Assembly (NCBI GenBank): GCA_965203515.1
Contig: OZ241907.1
Span: 3,232,001 to 3,296,000 of the forward strand
Reading direction: 5' to 3'
Length of the DNA: 64,000 nucleotides
Origin: Spirochaetia bacterium
GTDB lineage: Bacteria > Spirochaetota > Spirochaetia > SZUA-6 > Bin103
The stretch's first letter is position 1; every line of letters begins with the position of its first letter. A program made the position numbers and the translations under genes. Shown piece by piece: positions 11,184-20,332 of this stretch. The notes below the pieces were generated by a model, which was given only the letters and a program-made list of their open reading frames with translations, did no database searches and was not told the DNA's origin.

Positions 11184-11450
11184 CTCACACAGAGAGAGGA
11201 TCGGCGCGGTCGCGCGCCGCGTCCCGGATGTCGGTCATGCGGCCGGTCAAGTCGCGCCCTCATGCGGGTGTGCGCGGAGTACGGCATGTGATCGAACGGT
11301 GCAGGCGGTCGCCGGCGCTGCCGGTCGGACGAACGGCGGGCGCCGGCCGGCTCGGAGCCGGTCGGGTCGGGGATACATGCATTTGAAGCGGCAGCGCCGC
11401 ACGCGCGCTTGATGGTGTTGAAGGGCGTTGCATCCTCGGCGCGGGCGCGG

Positions 11451-11538
11451 TGGACGAGGCCGTGCCTCACGGTGACACCCGGTCCATCGATTGGGGTAGG
11501 ATCGGGTCAAGGGAACGGATGGCGCTCGGGAGGTTCAG
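11451..11538 (+). promoter_or_regulatory. Repeated promoter/leader module (copy 1 of 7): TAGGAT -10-like box, leader, GGAGG RBS
   Basis: ggccgtgcctcacggtgacacccggtccatcgattggggtaggatcggg..caagggaacggatggcgctcgggaggttcag recurs near 12141, 12781, 14720 and 16125, with partial copies at 18341 and 62116. Confidence 0.7.
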
Positions 11539-11985
11539 GTGAATCAGGAGTTGATGGCGATCATCGCGACGATCATCGGCGGGACGATCACGCTCGGCGC
11601 CGTCATGTTCGCGTTGATACGCTGGGTCGACGGCCGGTCCCGTAAGGACATGGCGGCGCTCCGGGATGAGCTGAAGGCATGCGAAGGTCGGCTCCGGGAC
11701 GAGATGAAGGCGGGCGACGACCGGCTCCGGGACGAGCTGCAGGCGGTCGATGGCCGGCTCCGGGACGAACTGAAGGCAAGCGAACGTCGGCTCGAAGGAG
11801 CGATCGGCGAGCTCCGGGACGAGATGAGGGCGGTCGACGGCCGACTTGGGGACGGGATCAAGGAAATCACCGAGCGGCTCGTCAACGTCGGGGACCGGCT
11901 GTCGAAGGTCGAGGGCGTCATGGAAGGAATGTTCTGGAGCGCGCGCAACCAGCCGTCCGAGGCGCCGCGAGAGGGGGCGGCGTAG
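11539..11985 (+). CDS. N-terminally membrane-anchored coiled-coil protein (paralog 1)
   Basis: Hydrophobic N-terminal helix then 11-aa LRDE(L/M)xAxDxR repeats; RBS GGAGG; paralog at 12869. Confidence 0.8.
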   Translation: MNQELMAIIATIIGGTITLGAVMFALIRWVDGRSRKDMAALRDELKACEGRLRDEMKAGDDRLRDELQAVDGRLRDELKASERRLEGAIGELRDEMRAVDGRLGDGIKEITERLVNVGDRLSKVEGVMEGMFWSARNQPSEAPREGAA

Positions 11986-12233
11986 CCGGCAGGGCCGGGG
12001 ACCGGCTGACAGGATGGCCGCCATGATCTGTTCGGTTCCGGCCGCTTGCGATCATAAGCTCTAAGGTAGCTTGGCTACATTATCGGTCATGCGGCCGGTC
12101 AAGTCGCGCCATCAGGCGGTGTGCGCGGAGCATGGCGCGATGGACGCGGGCGGCCGTGCCTTACGGTGACACCCGGTCCATCGATGGGGGTAGGATCGGG
12201 GCAAGGGAACGGATGGCGCTCGGGGAGGTTCAG

Positions 12234-12630
12234 GTGAACCAGGAGTTGATGGCGATCTTCGCGGCAACCATCGTGGGGACGATCCCGCTCGGCGCCTTCA
12301 TGTTCGCGTTGATACTCTGGCTCGATGGCAGGTTCCGTAAGAACACGGCGGCGCTCCGGGACGAGCTGAAGGCACGCGAACGTCGGCTCCGAGATGCGAT
12401 CCTGGGACTCGACCGCCGGACGGCGCGCCGGCTTGGCTGTACGTGCTGGTGGAGCATCAATCCACGGTCCGCAGGCGTGACCGGTGGATGCGCCTGCGTC
12501 TGTTGCAGTATTGCTGCCGGATCTGGGAACGCGACCGGCGCCGCAATCCTGCGGAGACCGAGTTGCGTCCGATCGTGACCGGAAGGAGACACCATTAATT
12601 TAACCTCCTGCGTCCAGGCGTCCACGCCGC
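12234..12630 (+). pseudogene. Collapsed chimeric coiled-coil / Rpn-B unit
   Basis: Coiled-coil 5' end (12234-12410), Rpn-B internal segment (12416-12577), Rpn internal RBS (12577-12590), Rpn 3' flank (12601-12630). Confidence 0.8.
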
Positions 12631-12868
12631 GCGTGCGTTACACCATCACGCGGTCGCGGAGGTCGGCGCGCACGCCGGCGATCCGTACGATGACGAGCCG
12701 CCGGTTGAAGCGGCAGCGCGCCGCGCGCACTTGATGGTGCTGAAGGGCGTTGCATCCTCGACGCGGGCCGGCGCGGTCGACGCGAGCGGCCGTGCCTCAC
12801 GGTGACATCCGGTCCATCGATTGGGGTAGGATCGGGCAAGGGAACGGATGGCGCTCGGGGAGGTTCAG

Positions 12869-13519
12869 ATGAATCAGGAGTTGATGGCGATCATCGCGAC
12901 GATCATCGGCGGGACGATCCCGCTGGGCGCCGTCATGTTCGCGTTGATACGCTGGCTCGACGGCCGGTCCCGTAAGGACATGGCGGCGCTCCGGGACGAG
13001 ATGAGGGCGGGCGACAGCCGGCTCCGGGACGAGATGAGGGCGGGCGACAGCCGGCTTGAAAGAGCGATCGGCGAGCTCCGGGATGAGATGAAGGCGGGCG
13101 ACAGCCGGCTCGAAGGAGCGATCGGCGAGCTCCGGGATGAGATGAAGGCGGGCGACAGCCGGCTCGAAGGAGCGATCGGCGAGCTCCGGGATGAGATGAA
13201 GGCGGGCGACAGCCGGCTCGAAGGAGCGATCGGCGAGCTCCGGGATGAGATGAAGGCGGGCGACAGCCGGCTCGAAGGAGCGATCGGCGAGCTCCGGGAT
13301 GAGATGAAGGCGGGCGACAGCCGGCTCGAAGGAGCGATCGGCGAACTCCGGGATGAGATGAGGGCGGGCGACGGCCGGCTTGAGGACGGGATCAAGGAAA
13401 TCACCGAGCGGCTGGTCAACGTTGGCGACCGGCTGTCGAAGGTCGAGGGCGTCATGGAAGGAATGTTCTGGAGCGCGCGCAACCAGCCGTCCGAGGCGCC
13501 GCGAGAGGGGGCGGCGTAG
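12869..13519 (+). CDS. N-terminally membrane-anchored coiled-coil protein (paralog 2, VNTR-expanded)
   Basis: Same N- and C-termini as 11539..11985; six 18-aa repeats. Confidence 0.82.
   Translation: MNQELMAIIATIIGGTIPLGAVMFALIRWLDGRSRKDMAALRDEMRAGDSRLRDEMRAGDSRLERAIGELRDEMKAGDSRLEGAIGELRDEMKAGDSRLEGAIGELRDEMKAGDSRLEGAIGELRDEMKAGDSRLEGAIGELRDEMKAGDSRLEGAIGELRDEMRAGDGRLEDGIKEITERLVNVGDRLSKVEGVMEGMFWSARNQPSEAPREGAA
13055..13378 (+). repeat. Coding tandem repeat, 6 x 54 bp (LEGAIGELRDEMKAGDSR)
   Basis: Near-perfect 54-bp units, preceded by two 33-bp units. Confidence 0.92.
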
Positions 13520-13637
13520 CCGGCACAGGGCCGGTGACCGGCCCTGAGCGAAGCGATCGCGTCATGTCTGTTTCAGCCTGCGGCACGGAGCGGGCCGCGC
13601 CCTGCTGGCCTGCTGGCAGCCGGGAACTGATCTGACG

Positions 13638-14651
13638 ATGGCGCAGGACTTGACGCAGCCGCACGACAATCTGTTCCGCGCGGTGTTCGGCGACCCGGCC
13701 GAGGCGGTCGGCCTGCTGCGCGCGCATCTGCCGGCGGCGGTCGCCAACGGCGTGCAGTGGTCGACCCTGTCTGTCGAGGACAGCGCCTTCGTCGCCCCGG
13801 ACCTGAGCGCCACCGAGTCCGATCTGCTGTACTCCATCCGGCGCCGCCCGGACGGCGCGCCGGCTTGGCTGTACGTGCTGGTGGAGCATCAATCCACGGT
13901 CCGCAGGCGTGACCGGTGGATGCGCCTGCGTCTGTTGCAGTATTGCTGCCGTATCTGGGAACGGGACCGGCGCCGCAATCCTGCGGAGACGGAGTTGCGG
14001 CCGATCGTGCCGATGGTGTTCTATCTGGGGAGCGGACGCTGGCGGCACGCCACCGAGTTCTCGGAGTTGTTCGCCGGCGAGGTGCGAGGGTGGAGGTGGC
14101 TGCCGCGCTTCGAGCACGTGCTGATCGACCATTCGGAGACGGAGCCGGAGGGGGTTCGGGGCAGGTTGAAGGGGCGGGTGGCGCAGCTCATCATGCTGGC
14201 GGTGTGCCGGGCTGCGGTGGCATGGCCGGCGTTGGAGCGGGCGTTGCCGTTGCTGGCGGAACTGGCGCGCCGGGGTGGTCGGGAGCAGGTGCGGATGTTC
14301 GTGTTGTACGTGCTGGCGACCCAAGCTGAGGCGATGCGCGAGCGGTTTGCCGAGGAGATGCAGAGGCAGATACCGGGACCGGAAGGAGACGCGATGAACT
14401 ACGTCGAGGAGATCAAGCAACAAGGCCGGCAGCAAGGCCGGCAGGAGGGGCGGCAGGAAGGACGACAGGAGGGGCGACAGGAAGGACGACAGGAAGGGCG
14501 ACAGGAAGGGCGGCTGGAGACCATCGAAGGGTTCCTGCAGGCGGGGATCGGGTGGCCGGTAATCCAGTCCGCCACCGGCATCGACGAGCAGACCTACCGC
14601 GCCCTCAAACGCGACTCCGCCAACGGCGCGGAGCAGGCAGCGCCCCGCTAA
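13638..14651 (+). CDS. Rpn/YhgA-like nuclease type B, copy 1
   Basis: PHDNLFRAVF, SDLLYS...YVLVEHQS, PMVFYLG, QEGR tail. Confidence 0.92.
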   Translation: MAQDLTQPHDNLFRAVFGDPAEAVGLLRAHLPAAVANGVQWSTLSVEDSAFVAPDLSATESDLLYSIRRRPDGAPAWLYVLVEHQSTVRRRDRWMRLRLLQYCCRIWERDRRRNPAETELRPIVPMVFYLGSGRWRHATEFSELFAGEVRGWRWLPRFEHVLIDHSETEPEGVRGRLKGRVAQLIMLAVCRAAVAWPALERALPLLAELARRGGREQVRMFVLYVLATQAEAMRERFAEEMQRQIPGPEGDAMNYVEEIKQQGRQQGRQEGRQEGRQEGRQEGRQEGRQEGRLETIEGFLQAGIGWPVIQSATGIDEQTYRALKRDSANGAEQAAPR

Positions 14652-15030
14652 CTCCTGCCGTCCAGGCGTCCACGCCGCCCGTGCGTATTCACCGACGGTG
14701 ATGTGGCGTTGCCGGCCGGTGGACGCGAGCGGCCGTGCCTCACGGTGACACCCGGTCCATCGAGTGGGGTAGGATCGGGGCAAGGGGCAAGGTTAGCGGA
14801 ATGGCGCTCGGAGAGTTGGGACCGGCTGTCGAAGGTCGAGGGCGTCATGGAAGGAATGTTCTGGAGCGCGCGCAACCAGCCGTCCGAGGCGCCGCGAGAG
14901 GGGGCGGCGTAGCCGGCACAGGGCCGGTGACCGGCCCTGAGCGAAGCGATCGCGTCATGTCTGTTTCAGCCTGCGGCACGGAGCGGGCCGCGCCCTGCTG
15001 GCCTGCTGGCAGCCGGGAACTGATCTGACG

Positions 15031-16056
15031 ATGGCGCAGGACTTGACGCAGCCGCACGACAATCTGTTCCGCGCGGTGTTCGGCGACCCGGCCGAGGCGG
15101 TCGGCCTGCTGCGCGCGCATCTGCCGGCGGCGGTCGCCAACGGCGTGCAGTGGTCGACCCTGTCTGTCGAGGACAGCGCCTTCGTCGCCCCGGACCTGAG
15201 CGCCACCGAGTCCGATCTGCTGTACTCCATCCGGCGCCGCCCGGACGGCGCGCCGGCTTGGCTGTACGTGCTGGTGGAGCATCAATCCACGGTCCGCAGG
15301 CGTGACCGGTGGATGCGCCTGCGTCTGTTGCAGTATTGCTGCCGTATCTGGGAACGGGACCGGCGCCGCAATCCTGCGGAGACGGAGTTGCGGCCGATCG
15401 TGCCGATGGTGTTCTATCTGGGGAGCGGACGCTGGCGGCACGCCACCGAGTTCTCGGAGTTGTTCGCCGGCGAGGTGCGAGGGTGGAGGTGGCTGCCGCG
15501 CTTCGAGCACGTGCTGATCGACCATTCGGAGACGGAGCCGGAGGGGGTTCGGGGCAGGTTGAAGGGGCGGGTGGCGCAGCTCATCATGCTGGCGGTGTGC
15601 CGGGCTGCGGTGGCATGGCCGGCGTTGGAGCGGGCGTTGCCGCTGCTGGCGGAACTGGCGCGCCGGGGTGGTCGGGAGCAGGTGCGGATGTTCGTGTTGT
15701 ACGTGCTGGCGACCCAAGCTGAGGCGATGCGCGAGCGGTTTGCCGAGGAGATGCAGAGGCAGATACCGGGACCGGAAGGAGACGCGATGAACTACGTCGA
15801 GGAGATCAAGCAACAAGGCCGGCAGCAAGGCCGGCAGGAGGGGCGGCAGGAAGGACGACAGGAGGGGCGACAGGAAGGACGACAGGAAGGACGACAGGAA
15901 GGGCGACAGGAAGGGCGGCTGGAGACCATCGAAGGGTTCCTGCAGGCGGGGATCGGGTGGCCGGTAATCCAGTCCGCCACCGGCATCGACGAGCAGACCT
16001 ACCGCGCCCTCAAACGCGACTCCGCCAACGGCGCGGAGCAGGCAGCGCCCCGCTAA
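15031..16056 (+). CDS. Rpn/YhgA-like nuclease type B, copy 2
   Basis: As copy 1 with one extra QEGR unit. Confidence 0.92.
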   Translation: MAQDLTQPHDNLFRAVFGDPAEAVGLLRAHLPAAVANGVQWSTLSVEDSAFVAPDLSATESDLLYSIRRRPDGAPAWLYVLVEHQSTVRRRDRWMRLRLLQYCCRIWERDRRRNPAETELRPIVPMVFYLGSGRWRHATEFSELFAGEVRGWRWLPRFEHVLIDHSETEPEGVRGRLKGRVAQLIMLAVCRAAVAWPALERALPLLAELARRGGREQVRMFVLYVLATQAEAMRERFAEEMQRQIPGPEGDAMNYVEEIKQQGRQQGRQEGRQEGRQEGRQEGRQEGRQEGRQEGRLETIEGFLQAGIGWPVIQSATGIDEQTYRALKRDSANGAEQAAPR

Positions 16057-16435
16057 CTCCTGCCGTCCAGGCGTCCACGCCGCCCGTGCGTATTCACCGA
16101 CGGTGATGTGGCGTTGCCGGCCGGTGGACGCGAGCGGCCGTGCCTCACGGTGACACCCGGTCCATCGAGTGGGGTAGGATCGGGGCAAGGGGCAAGGTTA
16201 GCGGAATGGCGCTCGGAGAGTTGGGACCGGCTGTCGAAGGTCGAGGGCGTCATGGAAGGAATGTTCTGGAGCGCGCGCAACCAGCCGTCCGAGGCGCCGC
16301 GAGAGGGGGCGGCGTAGCCGGCACAGGGCCGGTGACCGGCCCTGAGCGAAGCGATCGCGTCATGTCTGTTTCAGCCTGCGGCACGGAGCGGGCCGCGCCC
16401 TGCTGGCCTGCTGGCAGCCGGGAACTGATCTGACG

Positions 16436-17443
16436 ATGGCGCAGGACTTGACGCAGCCGCACGACAATCTGTTCCGCGCGGTGTTCGGCGATCCGGCCGA
16501 GGCGGTCGGCCTGCTGCGCGCGCATCTGCCGGCGGCCGTCGCCAACGGCGTGCAGTGGTCGACCCTGTCTGTCGAGGACAGCGCCTTCGTCGCCCCGGAC
16601 CTGAGCGCCACCGAGTCCGATCTGCTGTACTCCATCCGGCGCCGCCCGGACGGCGCGCCGGCTTGGCTGTACGTGCTGGTGGAGCATCAATCCACGGTCC
16701 GCAGGCGTGACCGGTGGATGCGCCTGCGTCTGTTGCAGTATTGCTGCCGTATCTGGGAACGGGACCGGCGCCGCAATCCTGCGGAGACGGAGTTGCGGCC
16801 GATCGTGCCGATGGTGTTCTATCTGGGGAGCGGACGCTGGCGGCACGCCACCGAGTTCTCGGAGTTGTTCGCCGGTGAGGTGCGAGGGTGGCGGTGGCTG
16901 CCGCGCTTCGAGCACGTGCTGATCGACCATTCGGAGACGGAGCCGGAGGGGGTTCGGGGCAGGTTGAAGGGGCGGGTGGCGCAGCTCATCATGCTGGCGG
17001 TGTGCCGGGCTACGGTGGCATGGCCGGCGTTGGAGCGGGCGTTGCCGTTGCTGGCGGAACTGGCGCGCCGGGGTGGTCGGGAGCAGGTGCGGATGTTCGT
17101 GTTGTACGTGCTGGCGACCCAAGCTGAGGCGATGCGCGAGCGGTTTGCCGAGGAGATGCAGCGGCAGATACCGGGACCGGAAGGAGACGCGATGAATTAC
17201 GTCGAGGAGATCAAGCAACAAGGCCGGCAGGAAGGACGGCAGGAGGGGCGACAGGAAGGCCGACAGGAGGGGCGGCTGGAGACCATCGAAGGGTTCCTGC
17301 AGGCGGGAATCGGGTGGCCGGTAATCCAGTCCGCCACCGGCATCGACGAGCAGACCTACCGCGCCCTCAAACGCGACTCCGTCAACGGCACGGAGCAGGC
17401 AGAGTCCGGGCGCGCTTCCGGGCCTGAGACGGAAGATCGGTAA
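16436..17443 (+). CDS. Rpn/YhgA-like nuclease type B, copy 3
   Basis: As copy 1 with fewer repeats, an A>T substitution and a different extreme C-terminus. Confidence 0.92.
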   Translation: MAQDLTQPHDNLFRAVFGDPAEAVGLLRAHLPAAVANGVQWSTLSVEDSAFVAPDLSATESDLLYSIRRRPDGAPAWLYVLVEHQSTVRRRDRWMRLRLLQYCCRIWERDRRRNPAETELRPIVPMVFYLGSGRWRHATEFSELFAGEVRGWRWLPRFEHVLIDHSETEPEGVRGRLKGRVAQLIMLAVCRATVAWPALERALPLLAELARRGGREQVRMFVLYVLATQAEAMRERFAEEMQRQIPGPEGDAMNYVEEIKQQGRQEGRQEGRQEGRQEGRLETIEGFLQAGIGWPVIQSATGIDEQTYRALKRDSVNGTEQAESGRASGPETEDR

Positions 17444-17540
17444 CGACCGGCGCGCACGCCCGGCATGAGTTCCTCTTTGAGGTCGTCAACTTCGGACCGG
17501 TCGGTCACGCCCGCATCGACCTGCGTCGTTCATGGGTCTC
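17440..17540 (+). pseudogene. N-terminal remnant of an AAA_15/AAA_21-type ATPase
   Basis: Reads EFLFEVVNFGPVGHARIDLR then, frameshifted, FMG; resembles the NFGPI..IDLRPLTVFxG start of these ATPases and breaks before Walker A. Confidence 0.6.
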
Positions 17541-17585
17541 CGCCGCGGCGGCGTGCTGGACGCCGTGCCAGCTGCCGACCGCGGT

Positions 17586-18317
17586 CTATGAGGTTGCGCT
17601 TGCGTCCTCGATTTCGTCGATGATGCGCTGCGCTGCTTCCTTGGGCTGATCAGCTCGCAGAACCGGCCTCCCCACCACCAGGTAGTCCGCGCCCTGTCGG
17701 ATCGCGTCGGTGGGGGTGGTGAATCGCGCATGATCGTCCGGCGTGGTCCAGGTTGGCCTGATCCCTGGGGATACCAGCGTCGTATCGGGGAACGCTTGCC
17801 GGCACGCTCCGATAGCGGTCCCGGAAACCACCAACCCGTCGCAGCCGGCCTCCAGCATCGCGCGTCCGCGCTCGATGATGTAGGCGTCAACCCCACCCTT
17901 CGGTTCGACTTCCGGGGTTGCGATGCTGGAGAGGAGCGGCACCATCAGGAATTGCGGGAAGCCGGAACCGCGCCTCGCTTCCCGGCCGGCATCCAACGTG
18001 TGCCGGGTGATGGCGGGCTCCGCCGCTTCCACCAAGGTGACGAACCGAATCCCCAGAGTAGCGGCGCGTTGCACGAAGCTGGTGACGGTATTGCCGATGT
18101 CGCCCGCGATCTTGAGGTCGATGAACACCTTGCCGTCATCCCGCTCCTTGCTCAGACGTTCCAACAGCCCAAACAGGTTTCCCCCAAGGAGTAACTGCAG
18201 CCCGACCTTGAAGAACGACACGTTCTCCAGCTTCCCGACCAGATCGACCGCTTCGTCATGGGTCGAAACGTCGAGCGCAACGATGATGCGTCCATCGCTC
18301 GCTACCGCATGCTTCAT
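17586..18317 (-). CDS. pyrF: Orotidine-5'-phosphate decarboxylase
   Basis: IIVALD, FFKVG, FIDLKIAGDI, SPGIRP, LVVGRP; TACGCT 7 nt upstream of ATG suggests a leaderless start. Confidence 0.9.
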   Translation of the reverse strand: MKHAVASDGRIIVALDVSTHDEAVDLVGKLENVSFFKVGLQLLLGGNLFGLLERLSKERDDGKVFIDLKIAGDIGNTVTSFVQRAATLGIRFVTLVEAAEPAITRHTLDAGREARRGSGFPQFLMVPLLSSIATPEVEPKGGVDAYIIERGRAMLEAGCDGLVVSGTAIGACRQAFPDTTLVSPGIRPTWTTPDDHARFTTPTDAIRQGADYLVVGRPVLRADQPKEAAQRIIDEIEDASATS

Positions 18318-18384
18318 GTCTTGCAGCGTATCATGCCTGATGGGGTAGGATCGGGGCAAAGGGAACGATGGCGATCGGGGAGGT

Positions 18385-18865
18385 TCAATTGATCCAGGTG
18401 ATCGTGGAGGTCCCCACCCGGCTGGCCGCGGCACCGGTGGGGTCCACGATCTCGACCTGCGGGTCCGCTTCCTCGTCGCCGGCGGTGGCGATCACGTACA
18501 CCTCGGCGGAGTCGTTGCCCAGGCGCAGCGTATGGAGCGTTTGGTCCAGCGCCTCTCCGTCCCGGTTGAGGAAGAACATCTGATCCCCGCTGCCGCACCA
18601 CGTGAACGAGCGGACGTTCGCGTCATTCGGCGCATCGGCGGCGCAATACGACGGTTCTGGAGGTGGCGGTACTACTGGGCCGTCGGCCGGCTGGCCTGCG
18701 CCACCGCCGGGTGGTGGTTCTACCGGTTCTGCGCCACTGCCGTCGGGCGCATTGGAGCAGCCGATCAGCAGGGCGGCCGCCGCGCCCAGGCGACCGCAGG
18801 GGATAGCCGGGATCGGCCCTGGCGGCGCTCGGTGGGGTCTTCGCGCAGGGAGCGACGCCCTCAAT
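18385..18865 (-). pseudogene. Truncated lipoprotein
   Basis: Lipobox LLIGC, Pro-rich linker; frame ends exactly inside the repeated leader module. Confidence 0.5.
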
Positions 18866-18879
18866 TGTCCGCCGGGCGC

Positions 18880-18927
18880 TTGACATCCTGCCCAAGTCAG
18901 CATCACCCTTTCAGAGAAAGGGTGATG
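18880..18927 (+). promoter_or_regulatory. Promoter (-35 TTGACA) with a perfect 12-bp inverted repeat, a likely operator
   Basis: TTGACA 18880-18885; CATCACCCTTTC-aga-GAAAGGGTGATG 18901-18927, one base before the GTG start. Confidence 0.75.
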
Positions 18928-18928
18928 G

Positions 18929-19225
18929 GTGGAAGTCATCTTCCAGTCGAACCGGCTCCTCAGATGCTACCAGGACTCGTCGAGAGCGGATCGTGAGTGG
19001 GGCGCCATCGTTGGTCGGCGATACATTCGCATGGTGAATGAACTGATTGCTCTGCCCGAGTTCCAGGATCTGTTCGCAGTCGTGCGGATGCGTGCGCACC
19101 AGTACAAGAGTCGGCCCGGATCGTACGCGTTGAACATGACAGGACGTTGGCGAATGATAGTTCGGCAGAGGGATAGACCTGACCAGGTAGTCGTGGAGGA
19201 TGTGAGCAACCACTATGGTGACTAA
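18929..19225 (+). CDS. higB: HigB-like (RelE/ParE superfamily) toxin
   Basis: 98 aa, MEVIF...RAHQYK...YALNMTGRWRMIV...EDVSNHYG; toxin-first order. Confidence 0.8.
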   Translation: MEVIFQSNRLLRCYQDSSRADREWGAIVGRRYIRMVNELIALPEFQDLFAVVRMRAHQYKSRPGSYALNMTGRWRMIVRQRDRPDQVVVEDVSNHYGD

Positions 19226-20312
19226 GGGCAAGGCACGCGGTGACGTGTATTCGGACTTGGCCATCCCCCCGGGCGAGACGCTGTCCGACGAGATCGCCTC
19301 GCGCGGCATGAGCCAGACGGAGCTGGCGGCGCGTCTGGGACGCCCGGTTCAGGTGGTAAACGAGATCGTGCATGGGAAGAAGGCGATCACCGACCACACT
19401 GCGATCGGCCTGGAGAAGGTTCTCGGCATACCGGCGGCGTTCTGGGTCAACTTGGAGCAGAACTACCGGATGACCAAAGCCAGGCTCCGCGAGCGAGCCG
19501 ACCTGCAGGCCGAGGAGGAATGGCTCCGGGAACTGCCCGTCAGCGAAATGCAGAAGCGCGGCTGGATAGCCGTCCGACGGGATGCGCAGGAGAAGGTGCG
19601 CGAATTGCTGCAGTTCTTCGGAGTGGCGAATGTCTCTGCCTATCGCAAGACGACCGCGGTGCTCGGCTTTCGCATCTCCGACAACGCCAAGGTGTCGCCC
19701 GGCGCCTTGGCTGCTTGGCTGCGCAAGGGAGAGCTGGAGGCGCAGACGATAGAGACCCGCGCATTCGACCCGGACCTGCTACTGGAGGCGGCTCGGCAGG
19801 CGCGCGCGATGACCGAATGTCAGCCGCAGGAGTTCGCCCCGCAGTTGCAGCAACTATTCGCCGACGCCGGGGTCGCGTTCGTCGTGATTCGTGAACTGCC
19901 CAAAACCCGCGCCAACGGCGTTGCCCGTTGGCTCACGAATCGGAAGGCTCTGATACAGTTGAATCTACGCTACAAATGGCAGGATATATTCTGGTTCACG
20001 TTGTTCCATGAAATCTGCCATGTCCTCAAACACAGCGCTCAGAAGATCATCATTGATGGGACCAATGAGAATGATAATAATGGGCCGCTTGAAGCCGAGG
20101 CGAATCGATGGGCGGCCGACTTCCTGGTACCGCGAGATGCCTGGTCGGAGTTTCGAAGCGGGCGCCGGTTCGAGAAGAGTAGCATTATTGCATTTGCTCA
20201 GCGGATGGGAATATCGCCCGGCATCGTCGTAGGACGTATGCATCGCGAGCGTCTCTTGAAGTATTCTGAAATGACAGAACTCAAGGGCCGCTTTGGATGG
20301 ACAAATGAATAG
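19215..20312 (+). CDS. higA: HigA-type XRE HTH fused to an ImmA/IrrE metallopeptidase
   Basis: IPPGETL..MSQTELAARLG..AFWVNLEQNY HTH; WFTLFHEICH (HExxH) and EAEANRWAADFL. Confidence 0.88.
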   Translation: MVTKGKARGDVYSDLAIPPGETLSDEIASRGMSQTELAARLGRPVQVVNEIVHGKKAITDHTAIGLEKVLGIPAAFWVNLEQNYRMTKARLRERADLQAEEEWLRELPVSEMQKRGWIAVRRDAQEKVRELLQFFGVANVSAYRKTTAVLGFRISDNAKVSPGALAAWLRKGELEAQTIETRAFDPDLLLEAARQARAMTECQPQEFAPQLQQLFADAGVAFVVIRELPKTRANGVARWLTNRKALIQLNLRYKWQDIFWFTLFHEICHVLKHSAQKIIIDGTNENDNNGPLEAEANRWAADFLVPRDAWSEFRSGRRFEKSSIIAFAQRMGISPGIVVGRMHRERLLKYSEMTELKGRFGWTNE

Positions 20313-20332
20313 GCGGGTTTCGCAAACCGCAT

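Larger units (their letters stand above)
13428..17400 (+). repeat. Tandem triplication of an ~1.4-kb unit (coiled-coil 3' end + spacer + Rpn-B + promoter module); third copy lacks the trailing module
   Basis: Unit starts accggctgtcgaagg at 13428, 14821 and 16226 (periods 1393 and 1405 bp). Confidence 0.93.

Noticed and set aside
12050..12085. dif/Xer-like site in an AT-rich patch
   Set aside because: No XerD arm (TTATGTTAAAT-like) at the right spacing
12990..13380. CRISPR-like periodic repeats
   Set aside because: Contiguous in-frame coding repeats with no unique spacers; no cas genes
14801..15028. Leader ORF ending 2 nt before the Rpn start
   Set aside because: An out-of-frame by-product of the coiled-coil deletion; no evidence of function
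601..17443. Rpn genes as IS transposases
   Set aside because: No terminal inverted repeats or target duplications seen; the family is PD-(D/E)XK, not DDE
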